Assembly (NCBI GenBank): GCA_018970605.1
Contig: JAGWWA010000003.1
Coordinates: forward strand, 2,289-66,288
Reading direction: 5' to 3'
DNA from: Planctomycetota bacterium
Lineage (GTDB): Bacteria > Planctomycetota > Planctomycetia > Pirellulales > UBA1268
DNA length: 64,000 bases
In this document: in pieces, positions 45,889 through 54,896 of the stretch
Layout of the letters: the number at the start of each line of letters is the position of its first letter
Position numbering within the stretch: position 1 is the first letter of the stretch
Made by a program: the position numbers and the translations under genes
Notes under the pieces: model-generated
Told to the model about the DNA's origin: nothing
The model's database searches: none
What the model saw: only the letters and a program-made list of their open reading frames with translations

Positions 45889-46027
45889 GCGAGGGGCTGC
45901 CCGTGCCCGGGAGCCGGGCTGTGGGAGCAAGCGAAGCCATGGATGGCGAAGCGCAGCGGACACGCAGCGAACGGAGGCCCGGAAGGCCGACGTGAGCGTC
46001 CGGCGACGGGCATGGGCAGTCCCTCGC
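45889..46027 (+). repeat. ~135-bp hairpin/MITE-like element, copy 3
   Basis: GCGAGGGGCTGCCCGTGCCCG...CGGGCATGGGCAGTCCCTCGC arms; shared core. Confidence 0.88.
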
Positions 46028-46046
46028 GCTGAGGCTGCGCCGGCGT

Positions 46047-46110
46047 GCCCCCATCGCTTACGCGATTGGGCTTCCTGAGTTTGCAGTGAGCGTCCGGCGA
46101 CGGGCATGGA
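46047..46110. repeat. type A REP-like hairpin (46047-46077) plus duplicated arm fragment of the ~135-bp element
   Basis: GCCCCCATCGCTTACGCGATTGGGCTTCCTG; GTGAGCGTCCGGCGACGGGCATGG repeated from 45992. Confidence 0.8.
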
Positions 46111-46169
46111 CAGGCATGACGCCATCGCCCACAATCCGCTGACGTTTGAGTGACTCCCGGAGTGATCGC

Positions 46170-47618
46170 ATGACAACGTGGCCCGTCCATGGCACGATCG
46201 ATGGTCCTATCGTCATGATCGGCTTTGGTTCGATCGGTCGGGGCACGCTGCCGCTGCTTGAGCGACACTTCGCGTTTGACCGCTCCCGGCTGGTGGTCAT
46301 CGATCCGGACGACAGCAGCCGCGACATCCTCGACCGCCACGGGGTTCGGTTCATCCATCAGGCCGTGACCCGCGACCGCTATCGGCATCTTCTCGAGCCG
46401 CTGCTCACGACCGGCGGGCAGGCATTCTGCGTCAATCTCTCGGTCGATACGTCGTCGCTCGACATCATGCGACTCTGTCGGGAGGTCGGGGCGCTCTACA
46501 TCGACACGGTGGTCGAGCCCTGGCCGGGCTTCTACTTCGACCGCAGTGCCGGTCCCGAGGCTCGCACCAACAACGCCCTGCGGGCGACGGTCCGCGAGGA
46601 GAAGGCCCGGCATCCCGGCGGCACCACCGCCGTCTCCTGCTGCGGCGCCAATCCCGGCATGGTTTCCTGGTTCGTCAAGCAGGCACTGGTGGATCTCGCC
46701 CGCGATCTGGGCCGCAGGCTGCCCACACCGGCCGCCGACGATCAGCCCGGCTGGGCGAGGATGATGCGGGATCTCGGCGTCAAGGGAATTCACATCGCCG
46801 AACGCGACACCCAGCGGTCGCGGAATCCCAAGCCGATGAACGTGTTCGTCAATACGTGGAGCGTCGAGGGCTTCCTTTCCGAGGGCATGCAGCCGGCGGA
46901 ACTCGGCTGGGGCACGCACGAGAAGTGGCTGCCTGAGAACGGCCGCCTGGAGACGATCGGTTCCAAGGCCGGCGCCTATCTGCTCCAGCCCGGGGCCAAC
47001 ACCCGGGTTCGCTCCTGGTGTCCGACGCCCGGTCCGCAGTACGGCTTTCTCGTCACGCACAACGAGTCGATCTCGATCGCCGACTACTTTACGGTTCGCG
47101 ACGGCACGTCCGGCGGCGGCTGCGTCTACCGTCCCACCTGTCACTACGCCTACCATCCCGCCGATGACGCCGTGTTGTCGCTTCATGAGCTCTTCGGCCG
47201 TGCCGGCGCTCGTCAGGAGCGGATCCACATCCTCGACGAGCACGAGATCGTCGACGGGATCGATGAGCTGGGGGTGTTGCTCTACGGCCACGAGAAGAAT
47301 GCCTACTGGTACGGCTCGCAGCTCTCCATCGACGAGACCCGCGATCTCGCTCCGTACCAGAACGCCACGGGCCTGCAGGTGTCGTCCGCCGTGCTCGCCG
47401 GGATGGTCTGGGCGCTGGAAAACCCCACCGCGGGAATCGTGGAGGCCGACGAGATGGACTTCCAGCGGTGCCTGGAGGTTCAGCGTCCCTACCTCGGGCC
47501 CGTCACCGGCCACTACACCGACTGGACGCCACTGACCGGCCGCCCCGGGCTGTTCAACGAGAACATCGACGCCAGCGACCCCTGGCAGTTCAAGAACGTC
47601 CTCGTGCACGGGGCGTGA
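46170..47618 (+). CDS. hss: bacterial homospermidine synthase
   Basis: IGFGSIG, NLSVD, YIDTVVEPW, GANPGMVS, HIAERDTQ, NTWSVEG, HNES, QNATGLQV, DPWQF. Confidence 0.93.
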   Translation: MTTWPVHGTIDGPIVMIGFGSIGRGTLPLLERHFAFDRSRLVVIDPDDSSRDILDRHGVRFIHQAVTRDRYRHLLEPLLTTGGQAFCVNLSVDTSSLDIMRLCREVGALYIDTVVEPWPGFYFDRSAGPEARTNNALRATVREEKARHPGGTTAVSCCGANPGMVSWFVKQALVDLARDLGRRLPTPAADDQPGWARMMRDLGVKGIHIAERDTQRSRNPKPMNVFVNTWSVEGFLSEGMQPAELGWGTHEKWLPENGRLETIGSKAGAYLLQPGANTRVRSWCPTPGPQYGFLVTHNESISIADYFTVRDGTSGGGCVYRPTCHYAYHPADDAVLSLHELFGRAGARQERIHILDEHEIVDGIDELGVLLYGHEKNAYWYGSQLSIDETRDLAPYQNATGLQVSSAVLAGMVWALENPTAGIVEADEMDFQRCLEVQRPYLGPVTGHYTDWTPLTGRPGLFNENIDASDPWQFKNVLVHGA

Positions 47619-47625
47619 CGCCCGG

Positions 47626-49038
47626 TCAGGCCGGCAGCGGCCGCGTCATCTCCACCGGCACGACCCACTGGTCGTACTGCTCCGGCGTGACATAGCCCAG
47701 GGCCACGGCGGCCGCCTTGAGGCTCGTCCCCTCGACGTGGGCCTTCTTGGCGATCTTCGCCGCCTTCTCGTAGCCGATGTGGGTGTTGAGCGCGGTGACG
47801 AGCATCAGTGAATCGTCGAGATGATGCTTGATTCGCGCCAGGTTTGGTTCGATGCCGGTCGCACAATGGACCCGCATCGAATCGCACGCGTCGGCCATCA
47901 GGTCGGCGCTCTCGAGCACGTTGTGGATCATCAACGGCTTGAAGACGTTGAGCTGGAAGTGGCCCTGCGACCCGCCGAAGGCCACGGCCGCGTCGTTGCC
48001 GAACACCTGGACGCAGACCATCGTCATCGCTTCGCATTGGGTGGGGTTCACCTTGCCCGGCATGATCGAGCTGCCGGGCTCGTTCTCGGGGATCGAGATC
48101 TCGCCGATCCCGCACCGCGGCCCCGAGGCCAGCAGGCGGATGTCGCTGGCGATCTTGAACAGCGCCATCGCCAGGCCGCGTTCCGCGGCGCTCATGTCGA
48201 CCATGGCGTCGTGGGCGGCCAGCGCCGAAAACTTGTTGGCTGCCGACACGAACGGGTGGCCCGTCTCCTTGGCGATGGAGGCCGCCGCCACGTCGCCGAA
48301 CCGCGGGTGGGCGTTGAGGCCCGTGCCGACGGCGGTGCCGCCGATCGCGAGTTCGTAGAGGCCGGGGAGCGACCGTTCGACCGCCGCGATCCGGTCGTCG
48401 AGCTGGGCGCGCCAGCTCGAGATCTCCTGGCCGAGCGTGATCGGCGTGGCGTCCTGGAGGTGCGTGCGGCCGATCTTCACGAGGTCGGCATGCTTCTTCT
48501 CCAGTCCGAGGAAGACGTCGCGGAGCTGGCGGACGGCCGGCAACAGCCGGCTGCTGATCACATCGACGGCCGCGATGTGCATCGCCGTGGGGAACGTGTC
48601 GTTCGACGACTGGCCGCGGTTGACGTCGTCGTTGGGGTGCACCGGCTTCTTCGAGCCCATCACGCCGCCGGCGATCTCGATCGCCCGGTTCGAGATCACC
48701 TCGTTGGCGTTCATGTTCGACTGCGTGCCGCTGCCGGTCTGGAAGACGACGAGCGGAAAGTGGTCGTCGAGCTTTCCCGCGATCACCTCGTCGGCTGCCT
48801 GCGTGATCAGCTTCACGGTCTCGGCGGGCAGCTGGCCCAGCTCGCCGTTGGCGAGCGCCGCGCACTTCTTGAGGATCCCCAGGCTCTTCTTGACCGCCCG
48901 GCCCCACTGGAAGCGATCGACGCCGATCTTGAAGTTGTCCCGCGAGCGTTCCGTCTGTGCACCCCAGTAGCGGTCGGCGGGGACCTTGATCTCCCCCATG
49001 CTGTCAGACTCGATGCGGAAGGCGGACGCTGCGGACAT
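47626..49038 (-). CDS. fumC: class II fumarate hydratase
   Basis: [42 protein letters not shown]. Confidence 0.96.
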   Translation of the reverse strand: MSAASAFRIESDSMGEIKVPADRYWGAQTERSRDNFKIGVDRFQWGRAVKKSLGILKKCAALANGELGQLPAETVKLITQAADEVIAGKLDDHFPLVVFQTGSGTQSNMNANEVISNRAIEIAGGVMGSKKPVHPNDDVNRGQSSNDTFPTAMHIAAVDVISSRLLPAVRQLRDVFLGLEKKHADLVKIGRTHLQDATPITLGQEISSWRAQLDDRIAAVERSLPGLYELAIGGTAVGTGLNAHPRFGDVAAASIAKETGHPFVSAANKFSALAAHDAMVDMSAAERGLAMALFKIASDIRLLASGPRCGIGEISIPENEPGSSIMPGKVNPTQCEAMTMVCVQVFGNDAAVAFGGSQGHFQLNVFKPLMIHNVLESADLMADACDSMRVHCATGIEPNLARIKHHLDDSLMLVTALNTHIGYEKAAKIAKKAHVEGTSLKAAAVALGYVTPEQYDQWVVPVEMTRPLPA

Positions 49039-49165
49039 CGGCGAGGCTCCGGAAGGTGGGTGGGTGACGGTGCCGCATTGTAGGTGGCGGACGCTGCACC
49101 GGCTGCGGCGTCCTGTCCGCGGGCCTGTGGAGCGGTCGAGCCGGGTCCGCCATCCGGTGTTTTTG

Positions 49166-50980
49166 TTACCGCGTCTCGTTCCAGAGGACCGTCACCGAGG
49201 CGGGCTCCGGCGGGGCGGCCAGCGGCAAGTGGTGCTGCACGGTGGCCGTGCGGCCCTGATGCTCGATCGTGAGGTCGTAGAGGCCGGCGTGCCCGCGGAA
49301 GCGGGCGAGGCCGGCGGCGTCGGCCGTCGTGGTCGTGTCGGTTCGCCATCGCTCGGAGACGAGTTCCCGCCAGACGCGGCCGTTGGGCTTTTCGCTGCCG
49401 TCGCGGCGGAACAGGGCCGCTTCCGGCCGCCAGCCGGCGCCTTCCCACCAGACCCACATCAGGAAGCCCCGGTAGGCGGGATGCGAGTAGGCCGCGATCA
49501 GCGTGTCGCGGAGGTAGTCGGCCTGGAGATCCTCGTCGCCGTTGGTCATCACGTCCCACTCGGTGAGCATGAGTGCCGGCACGAGGCTTGCGAACCGGTC
49601 GCTGACCCGGAGAACCTCCTCCGGCGCGACCAGCGAGCCGGAGTGGAAGTGGCCCTGGATGCCGATGCCATCCGGCGGGGCGCCTGCATCGAGCAGCTCC
49701 TGCACGCAGGAAAAGTAGTGGTCCTGCTGGAAGCCGGGATTGAAGGTGCGGTCCTCGTTGATCCAGAGGGGCCGGTCGGTGAGCCCGCGAGCCTCGCGGA
49801 TCACGTCGGTGTAGAAGCCTGATCCGAGAACGCTGCGAACGGTCTGCGGCGGGTTGGACCAGCCCACGGGATGGTTGAGCACGTCGAAATCATGGACGAA
49901 CGGACCGGCCTTTTCGGCGAGCAGCCGCATGTGGCTGAGCAGCCGGTCGCGGAGCGTGGGATCGGTCGAACGGTCGCGGGAGGCGAACGAGCCCCAGACT
50001 CCCGCCACCATGTAGTGGCCTCGGATGGCCACGTTCCGCTGCCGACACCACTCCGCCGCGGCTTCCGTCCATGCCCAGCGGACGTGGTCGTCGCCGCCGC
50101 TGAGGGAATCCTCGAGTGCGCCGGGCTTGAGGTCGTTCTCGAAGACCACGGCGCTGAAGTGGCGGTCGATCGTGTCGCGGTACGTCCGCCAACGCGTGTC
50201 GCCGGGCTTGAAAAACTCCCCCTTGATCGTGCCGCCGAAGAGAAACTCATGGCGGGCAAGTCGGGCTCGTACCGTCGCTGTTGGAAGCGGCCTGCCTGAC
50301 TCGTCCAGCAGCCGGAGCCCAAACTCTCGAACGCGGTGCTTCTCGATGCGGGCGATCGCGTCCGTGCGCCAGGCCGCGTCGGCCTCGCGGCCGGGGTAGT
50401 GGATGGCGGCCCGGGGCAGATCGGCAAGCCGCACGCCCCGCCGGTGGTTCGTGACGATCACGTCGGCGATCTGGAGCCGCTGTGGTCGATCGCCAAGCTG
50501 GAAGGCGAGCACCGCCTTCCCGGGGATCGCCTCGACGCCAGCCAGAAAAGGCACGTCGATTCGCCGCCACTCGCCGTCGATCGTGAAGCCGCCCATGCCC
50601 AGCTTCGGGCTGCCGGGTGTCCTGTTTTCCACGGCGATGATCCCGCCGGCGGTGCCATCCGGCGGCGGCCGCTCCGCCCGTGCCCAGAACGTGATCAGCA
50701 CGGCGTCGCCTGCGGCTACGGGGCCGTCGAGTGGAATCGCGAGCTGCACCGACCAGAGCCGCAGCCCCGCACGCGCGGTGTCGATTGTCCAGCCGTGAGG
50801 CCGCCCCGGGACGCCGTCGAGCGGGCCGAAGGTGCCGCTGGCCACCGCGTCCGCCACGGTGAACGACGCCTGGGCGAGGGCCTCGGCCGAGATCACCGAC
50901 GTGGCGTCCTCGGCTGCGCGGGCAAACGCCGTGGCCACGGTCAGCAGCATCAGGCAGGTAAAAACGTGCGGGGATTTCAT
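49166..50980 (-). CDS. secreted GH10-family glycoside hydrolase with N-terminal CBM-like domain
   Basis: FENDLK, IRGH, FDVLNH, GIGIQGH, LTEWD; signal peptide. Confidence 0.8.
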   Translation of the reverse strand: MKSPHVFTCLMLLTVATAFARAAEDATSVISAEALAQASFTVADAVASGTFGPLDGVPGRPHGWTIDTARAGLRLWSVQLAIPLDGPVAAGDAVLITFWARAERPPPDGTAGGIIAVENRTPGSPKLGMGGFTIDGEWRRIDVPFLAGVEAIPGKAVLAFQLGDRPQRLQIADVIVTNHRRGVRLADLPRAAIHYPGREADAAWRTDAIARIEKHRVREFGLRLLDESGRPLPTATVRARLARHEFLFGGTIKGEFFKPGDTRWRTYRDTIDRHFSAVVFENDLKPGALEDSLSGGDDHVRWAWTEAAAEWCRQRNVAIRGHYMVAGVWGSFASRDRSTDPTLRDRLLSHMRLLAEKAGPFVHDFDVLNHPVGWSNPPQTVRSVLGSGFYTDVIREARGLTDRPLWINEDRTFNPGFQQDHYFSCVQELLDAGAPPDGIGIQGHFHSGSLVAPEEVLRVSDRFASLVPALMLTEWDVMTNGDEDLQADYLRDTLIAAYSHPAYRGFLMWVWWEGAGWRPEAALFRRDGSEKPNGRVWRELVSERWRTDTTTTADAAGLARFRGHAGLYDLTIEHQGRTATVQHHLPLAAPPEPASVTVLWNETR

Positions 50981-51014
50981 GGACGATGTCGTGGCGGTGG
51001 TGCCACCCGCGGCC

Positions 51015-51713
51015 TCACTGCATTCGCCGGTAGCGCTCGACGGCGTGGTGCCGGGAATGAACGTGAAGCTTCTTGTAGATGCGGCGGATGTAGGTGATCA
51101 CGGTGTTGCGGCTGACGCCAAGCTGCTTGGCGACCTCCTTGTACATCGCGCCGGCGGCCAGCAGGTCGAGCACCTCGCGCTCGCGCGGGGCGAGTTCCAG
51201 CATCTCGTTCCCCTTGGGAAGCGGTGCCACGTGCACCGGTGCATGCCGCTCGAAGGACCGCACGATGCGCCTCGCCACCATGCTCGACATCGGCGAGCCA
51301 CCCTCGACGACGTCACGGATCGCGGCGAGCAGTTCGTCGACCCGGACAGGCTTGATCAGGTAGCCGTGGGCACCGGCGGCGAGGGCGTCGAAGAGGATGT
51401 CGCCGTCCTGGTAGAGCGTGAGCATCACGAACTCCGTGGAGGGCATGGTCGGCGCAAGCCTCCGCACGCAGTCGACGCCGGTGCCGTCGGGAAGGTTGAC
51501 GTCGACGAGCACCACCTTCGGCGCGGCCGTCGGAATGCCCGCGATGGCTTCGGCCACCGAGCGAAACTCGCCCACGCAGCGGCAGTCTGCCGCGCTTTCG
51601 ATGATCTCGCGGAGGCTCGCGCGGGTGCCGGAATCATCCTCGATCAGGGCCACGTTGATCGGATCCGACGCCGGGGACTGGGCCAGTTCCTTCGGGCCTC
51701 GCTCAGCTGTCAT
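51015..51713 (-). CDS. NarL/LuxR-type response regulator
   Basis: IEDD, VLVDVNLP, GYLIKP, LAPREREVL..YKEVA..IYKKLHV. Confidence 0.93.
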   Translation of the reverse strand: MTAERGPKELAQSPASDPINVALIEDDSGTRASLREIIESAADCRCVGEFRSVAEAIAGIPTAAPKVVLVDVNLPDGTGVDCVRRLAPTMPSTEFVMLTLYQDGDILFDALAAGAHGYLIKPVRVDELLAAIRDVVEGGSPMSSMVARRIVRSFERHAPVHVAPLPKGNEMLELAPREREVLDLLAAGAMYKEVAKQLGVSRNTVITYIRRIYKKLHVHSRHHAVERYRRMQ

Positions 51714-54700
51714 GAATTGTCTCCAGGGGTGTCGTGCCGGTGCCGTGGCGCCGAAAAGTCAACGGGAACGCGGAACGTCACGGTCGTTCCCGAGTGGGGT
51801 GTGGAGGCGATGGCGACGCTGCCGCCCACCTCGCCGATGCGGTGTCGCATGTTGGCCAGTCCGTCCTGTTCGGCCGCGGGTGGGCGATCGGTCGCGAAGC
51901 CGACGCCGTCGTCACGAACCGCGGCGTTGATCGACGCTTCATCGACGCGGATCGAGAAGTCGACGTGGTTCGCCTTCGCGTGGCGGAGCACGTTCTGCAG
52001 GGCCTCGCGGATCGCCAGGCAGACGTGGTGTCGCACGTGCGTCGGCAGCGGCCGCTCGTCGGGCGGGCCGTCGGGCACGTCGAGCCGCAGCGAGAGATCG
52101 CCGGCGTGCACGAACTCCTCGACGTCCTGCACGACGTAGGAAATGAACTGGGCCACGGTGTCATTGCGGGGATTCACCGCCCAGACGATCTCGTCGACCG
52201 AGCGGGCAAGGCTCCGGGCGCTGCGGTAGATGGCGTCGAGCCGGTCAGGGAGGTTCGTCTGGGGGGCCGCTCCCTTGCGGGCGAGGTCGCTCATCATCGC
52301 CATGCGCGTCAGGCCTGCGCCAAGGCTGTCGTGGATGTCTCGGGCGATTCTCGCGCGCTCGCGGTCCATCGCCCGCTGCCATTCGAGCGCCTCGATCACC
52401 CGCCGCGACCGCCGTCGAGTCACCTCGCGTGCGATCGCTGCGGCCGTGCCCGCGAGGGCGACGCCGAAGGCCGCCAGCGTCGTCGGCCGTCGCCACCACG
52501 GGGTCGCGACCATCACCGGGAGCGATGCCACCGGAAAGTCGCGGTCGGTTTCGCCGGCGATCGACCGAACCTCGAAGACGTGCTCGCCGGGAGGCAGCGA
52601 TGCGTAGTCGCGGCGGTTGGCCCGGCTCGGGGATGCCCATGCGTCATCCACTCCGGAGAGCCGCGTCTGGTGCAGCGGGGGTGTGGACCAGTGGAGCCCG
52701 GGCGTCTCGAACCGGAACCCGTATGGCACGTCCGTGTCGCGAGACACCCGCGGCCCGGCGGCCGTCGATGTGGCCGAGGCGATGGTGGCGGGATCGAACC
52801 GCATCATCCCGTTCGAAACCGGCACGGTGATCCGCTCCAACCGCTGGTCGCCCGTGCGAAAGGGGCGGTTCATCCGGCCGATGCACTCCGCATCGCCGAC
52901 GCCATCGAGGGGGCCGAGGATCACGCCGCGGACGATCGAGAGTTGGCCCTGGGCGAGCTGCTCGAGATCGGCGAGCCGCAATCCCTGGAGGTGGCCGCTG
53001 CGGGTGGCGATCCAGAGCCGTCCCAACGTGTCTTCCTCGATCTGTCGGACGGTGTCGTCGACGAGCCCGGTGGCCGTGGACAGCCGCAGGGGTGGACTGC
53101 CGGTGCGGTGGCGGACCAGACCCCGCTCTCCCCCGATCCACAGGTCGCCGTGCGAATCGCGGCGAAACACGATCGTCCTCCGCCCGGGCATGTCGGCTGC
53201 GGCAAGGATTTGGCTCGTGCTGCCGTCGGCGGCGACCCGCTCCACACCCCTGCTCTGGATGGCGGCGAGCATCGAGCCATCATCTTCCGCGGCAAGGCCG
53301 ATCACCACGGGTTGCGCGGTGCGGTCAGCGGGCGTGATCGTCCGGAAGGAGTCGGTCGCTTCATCGTGAACCGCCAGGCCGTTGGCGGTCGCCGCCCAGA
53401 TGCGGCCCGTCGCATCGCAGACGAGCGCGTTGATGTTGCGGAGTTCGCGGAACGGCTCGGCGGGCTTCGTCACCTGGGTCACCCGGCCATCCTCGATGCG
53501 CAGGATGAAGTTGTCCTGCGTTCCCACCCAGACGCGTCCCGCCCCGTCCTCCTGGATGGCCGTCGGCACCGACGCGCCGGCGAGCGAACCGATCGGACTG
53601 ATGGAGCCCGAGGTGAACGGGGCGAGGGCCGCCACGATTCCTGGGCTGCCCACGAGCAGGGATCCGTCGGCCCGCTCGAATGCGGCGCGGCAGTCGGCGA
53701 CCGGCTCCACGTGGAGCGTGGTGCGCCGCACCGCGAGCAGGCCGCCGAAGCAGGCCGCCCAGATGCCCCCCTGTCGGTCGCCGACGATCGCACCGGTTCG
53801 CAGCGAGAAGCCGGGCAGCCCGCTGGTCACCTGCTCTGCGATGCCGTCGCGGCAGGCGATGATCCCGTTGTGGCTCGAGATCCAGACGGTGCCGTCGGCG
53901 GTCCACGAGATCTTGCCGCTGCGGCGATAGTCGGCATCCGGCAGGATCGGCGGCAGTCGCTGCCAGCCGTCGGCGCCGCGGACCGCGCCGCATTCGGGCA
54001 GCAGTGCCAGCGGGCCCTCGGGGCAGAAGCTCAGGGAGATGACGTCGCCACCGGTCGCCATGTCGGACACGATCTCGAGCGGCGTCACGAGCCCTCGCGA
54101 GATCGAGCCGCGCCGAATATCCCCGGGACGGAGCGTGTCGCCCCAGAGCCAGAGTTCTCCCGATGTCGGATCGATGTCTCCATATCGCCACAGCACCCGC
54201 CGGTCGTTGCGGACGACGGTTGCGACCTCGCGAAACCGCTTGCCGTCGAAGGCGTGCACCTCGTTCGGGCCCACGAGCACCGGCTGGCCTGCGGTGGTGA
54301 ACGCGAGGCTGTTGAACCGTCCTTGGGGATGGACGTGCACGGTCCACCGGCGGCGGCTCGATCGGCGGTTGTCGCCGTGCAGCATCGCCGCGGCGCGGCC
54401 CCCCTGGACCCAGAGCCGCCCTTCACGGTCGAAGCCGATGTTCGAGAAGCCGCCGATCGCCTCCCGCACGGGATTGGTGAGGGCCGTGGGGAGCGGCTCG
54501 AAGGAGATGCCGTCGAAGCGGGCGATCCGCGTCGGTGTGGTGCAGTACAGCGAGCCGTCGGGGGCGAAGGCGACGCCGTTGACGGGTGCCTCGGGGAGAC
54601 CGTCTTCGATCGTCCACCACTGGATCGCAAATCGGCCGGTGCGATCGAGCGTGGAGGCCGCCGGGGCTGGCACGGACGGCACGAGGATCGCTGCAAGCAT

Positions 54701-54754
54701 CACGCCGGCGCACAGCAGCGCGGATAGCCGGGCACCGCGCGCTGGAAACCGCAT
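51710..54754 (-). CDS. sensor histidine kinase (HisKA_3) with extracytoplasmic beta-propeller/Y_Y_Y domain
   Basis: Propeller repeats (EDGLP, GRIWAAT, GDLWIG); TM; ERARIARDIHDSLG; EALQNVLRHA, DDGVGF, GLANM; 4-bp overlap with the regulator. Confidence 0.9.
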   Translation of the reverse strand: MRFPARGARLSALLCAGVMLAAILVPSVPAPAASTLDRTGRFAIQWWTIEDGLPEAPVNGVAFAPDGSLYCTTPTRIARFDGISFEPLPTALTNPVREAIGGFSNIGFDREGRLWVQGGRAAAMLHGDNRRSSRRRWTVHVHPQGRFNSLAFTTAGQPVLVGPNEVHAFDGKRFREVATVVRNDRRVLWRYGDIDPTSGELWLWGDTLRPGDIRRGSISRGLVTPLEIVSDMATGGDVISLSFCPEGPLALLPECGAVRGADGWQRLPPILPDADYRRSGKISWTADGTVWISSHNGIIACRDGIAEQVTSGLPGFSLRTGAIVGDRQGGIWAACFGGLLAVRRTTLHVEPVADCRAAFERADGSLLVGSPGIVAALAPFTSGSISPIGSLAGASVPTAIQEDGAGRVWVGTQDNFILRIEDGRVTQVTKPAEPFRELRNINALVCDATGRIWAATANGLAVHDEATDSFRTITPADRTAQPVVIGLAAEDDGSMLAAIQSRGVERVAADGSTSQILAAADMPGRRTIVFRRDSHGDLWIGGERGLVRHRTGSPPLRLSTATGLVDDTVRQIEEDTLGRLWIATRSGHLQGLRLADLEQLAQGQLSIVRGVILGPLDGVGDAECIGRMNRPFRTGDQRLERITVPVSNGMMRFDPATIASATSTAAGPRVSRDTDVPYGFRFETPGLHWSTPPLHQTRLSGVDDAWASPSRANRRDYASLPPGEHVFEVRSIAGETDRDFPVASLPVMVATPWWRRPTTLAAFGVALAGTAAAIAREVTRRRSRRVIEALEWQRAMDRERARIARDIHDSLGAGLTRMAMMSDLARKGAAPQTNLPDRLDAIYRSARSLARSVDEIVWAVNPRNDTVAQFISYVVQDVEEFVHAGDLSLRLDVPDGPPDERPLPTHVRHHVCLAIREALQNVLRHAKANHVDFSIRVDEASINAAVRDDGVGFATDRPPAAEQDGLANMRHRIGEVGGSVAIASTPHSGTTVTFRVPVDFSAPRHRHDTPGDNS

Positions 54755-54896
54755 GTCTGCCGCCTCGACTCACGCCACGCACGGGCGTCGACTCCACACC
54801 GTCGAGATTGTATCGCACCGCGGTGGGCGGCTGGTGACGGCGTCCCGCCGCCGCCACGGTCGCACCTTTATGCGACGGGTTGGGCGTCGCCGGGGC

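Noticed and set aside
51734-54727. 997-aa plus-strand ORF and similar long antisense ORFs (2365-3912, 13578-15365, 22563-24737, 45657-47609)
   Set aside because: These are shadow frames of real genes in high-GC DNA, with no recognisable motifs.
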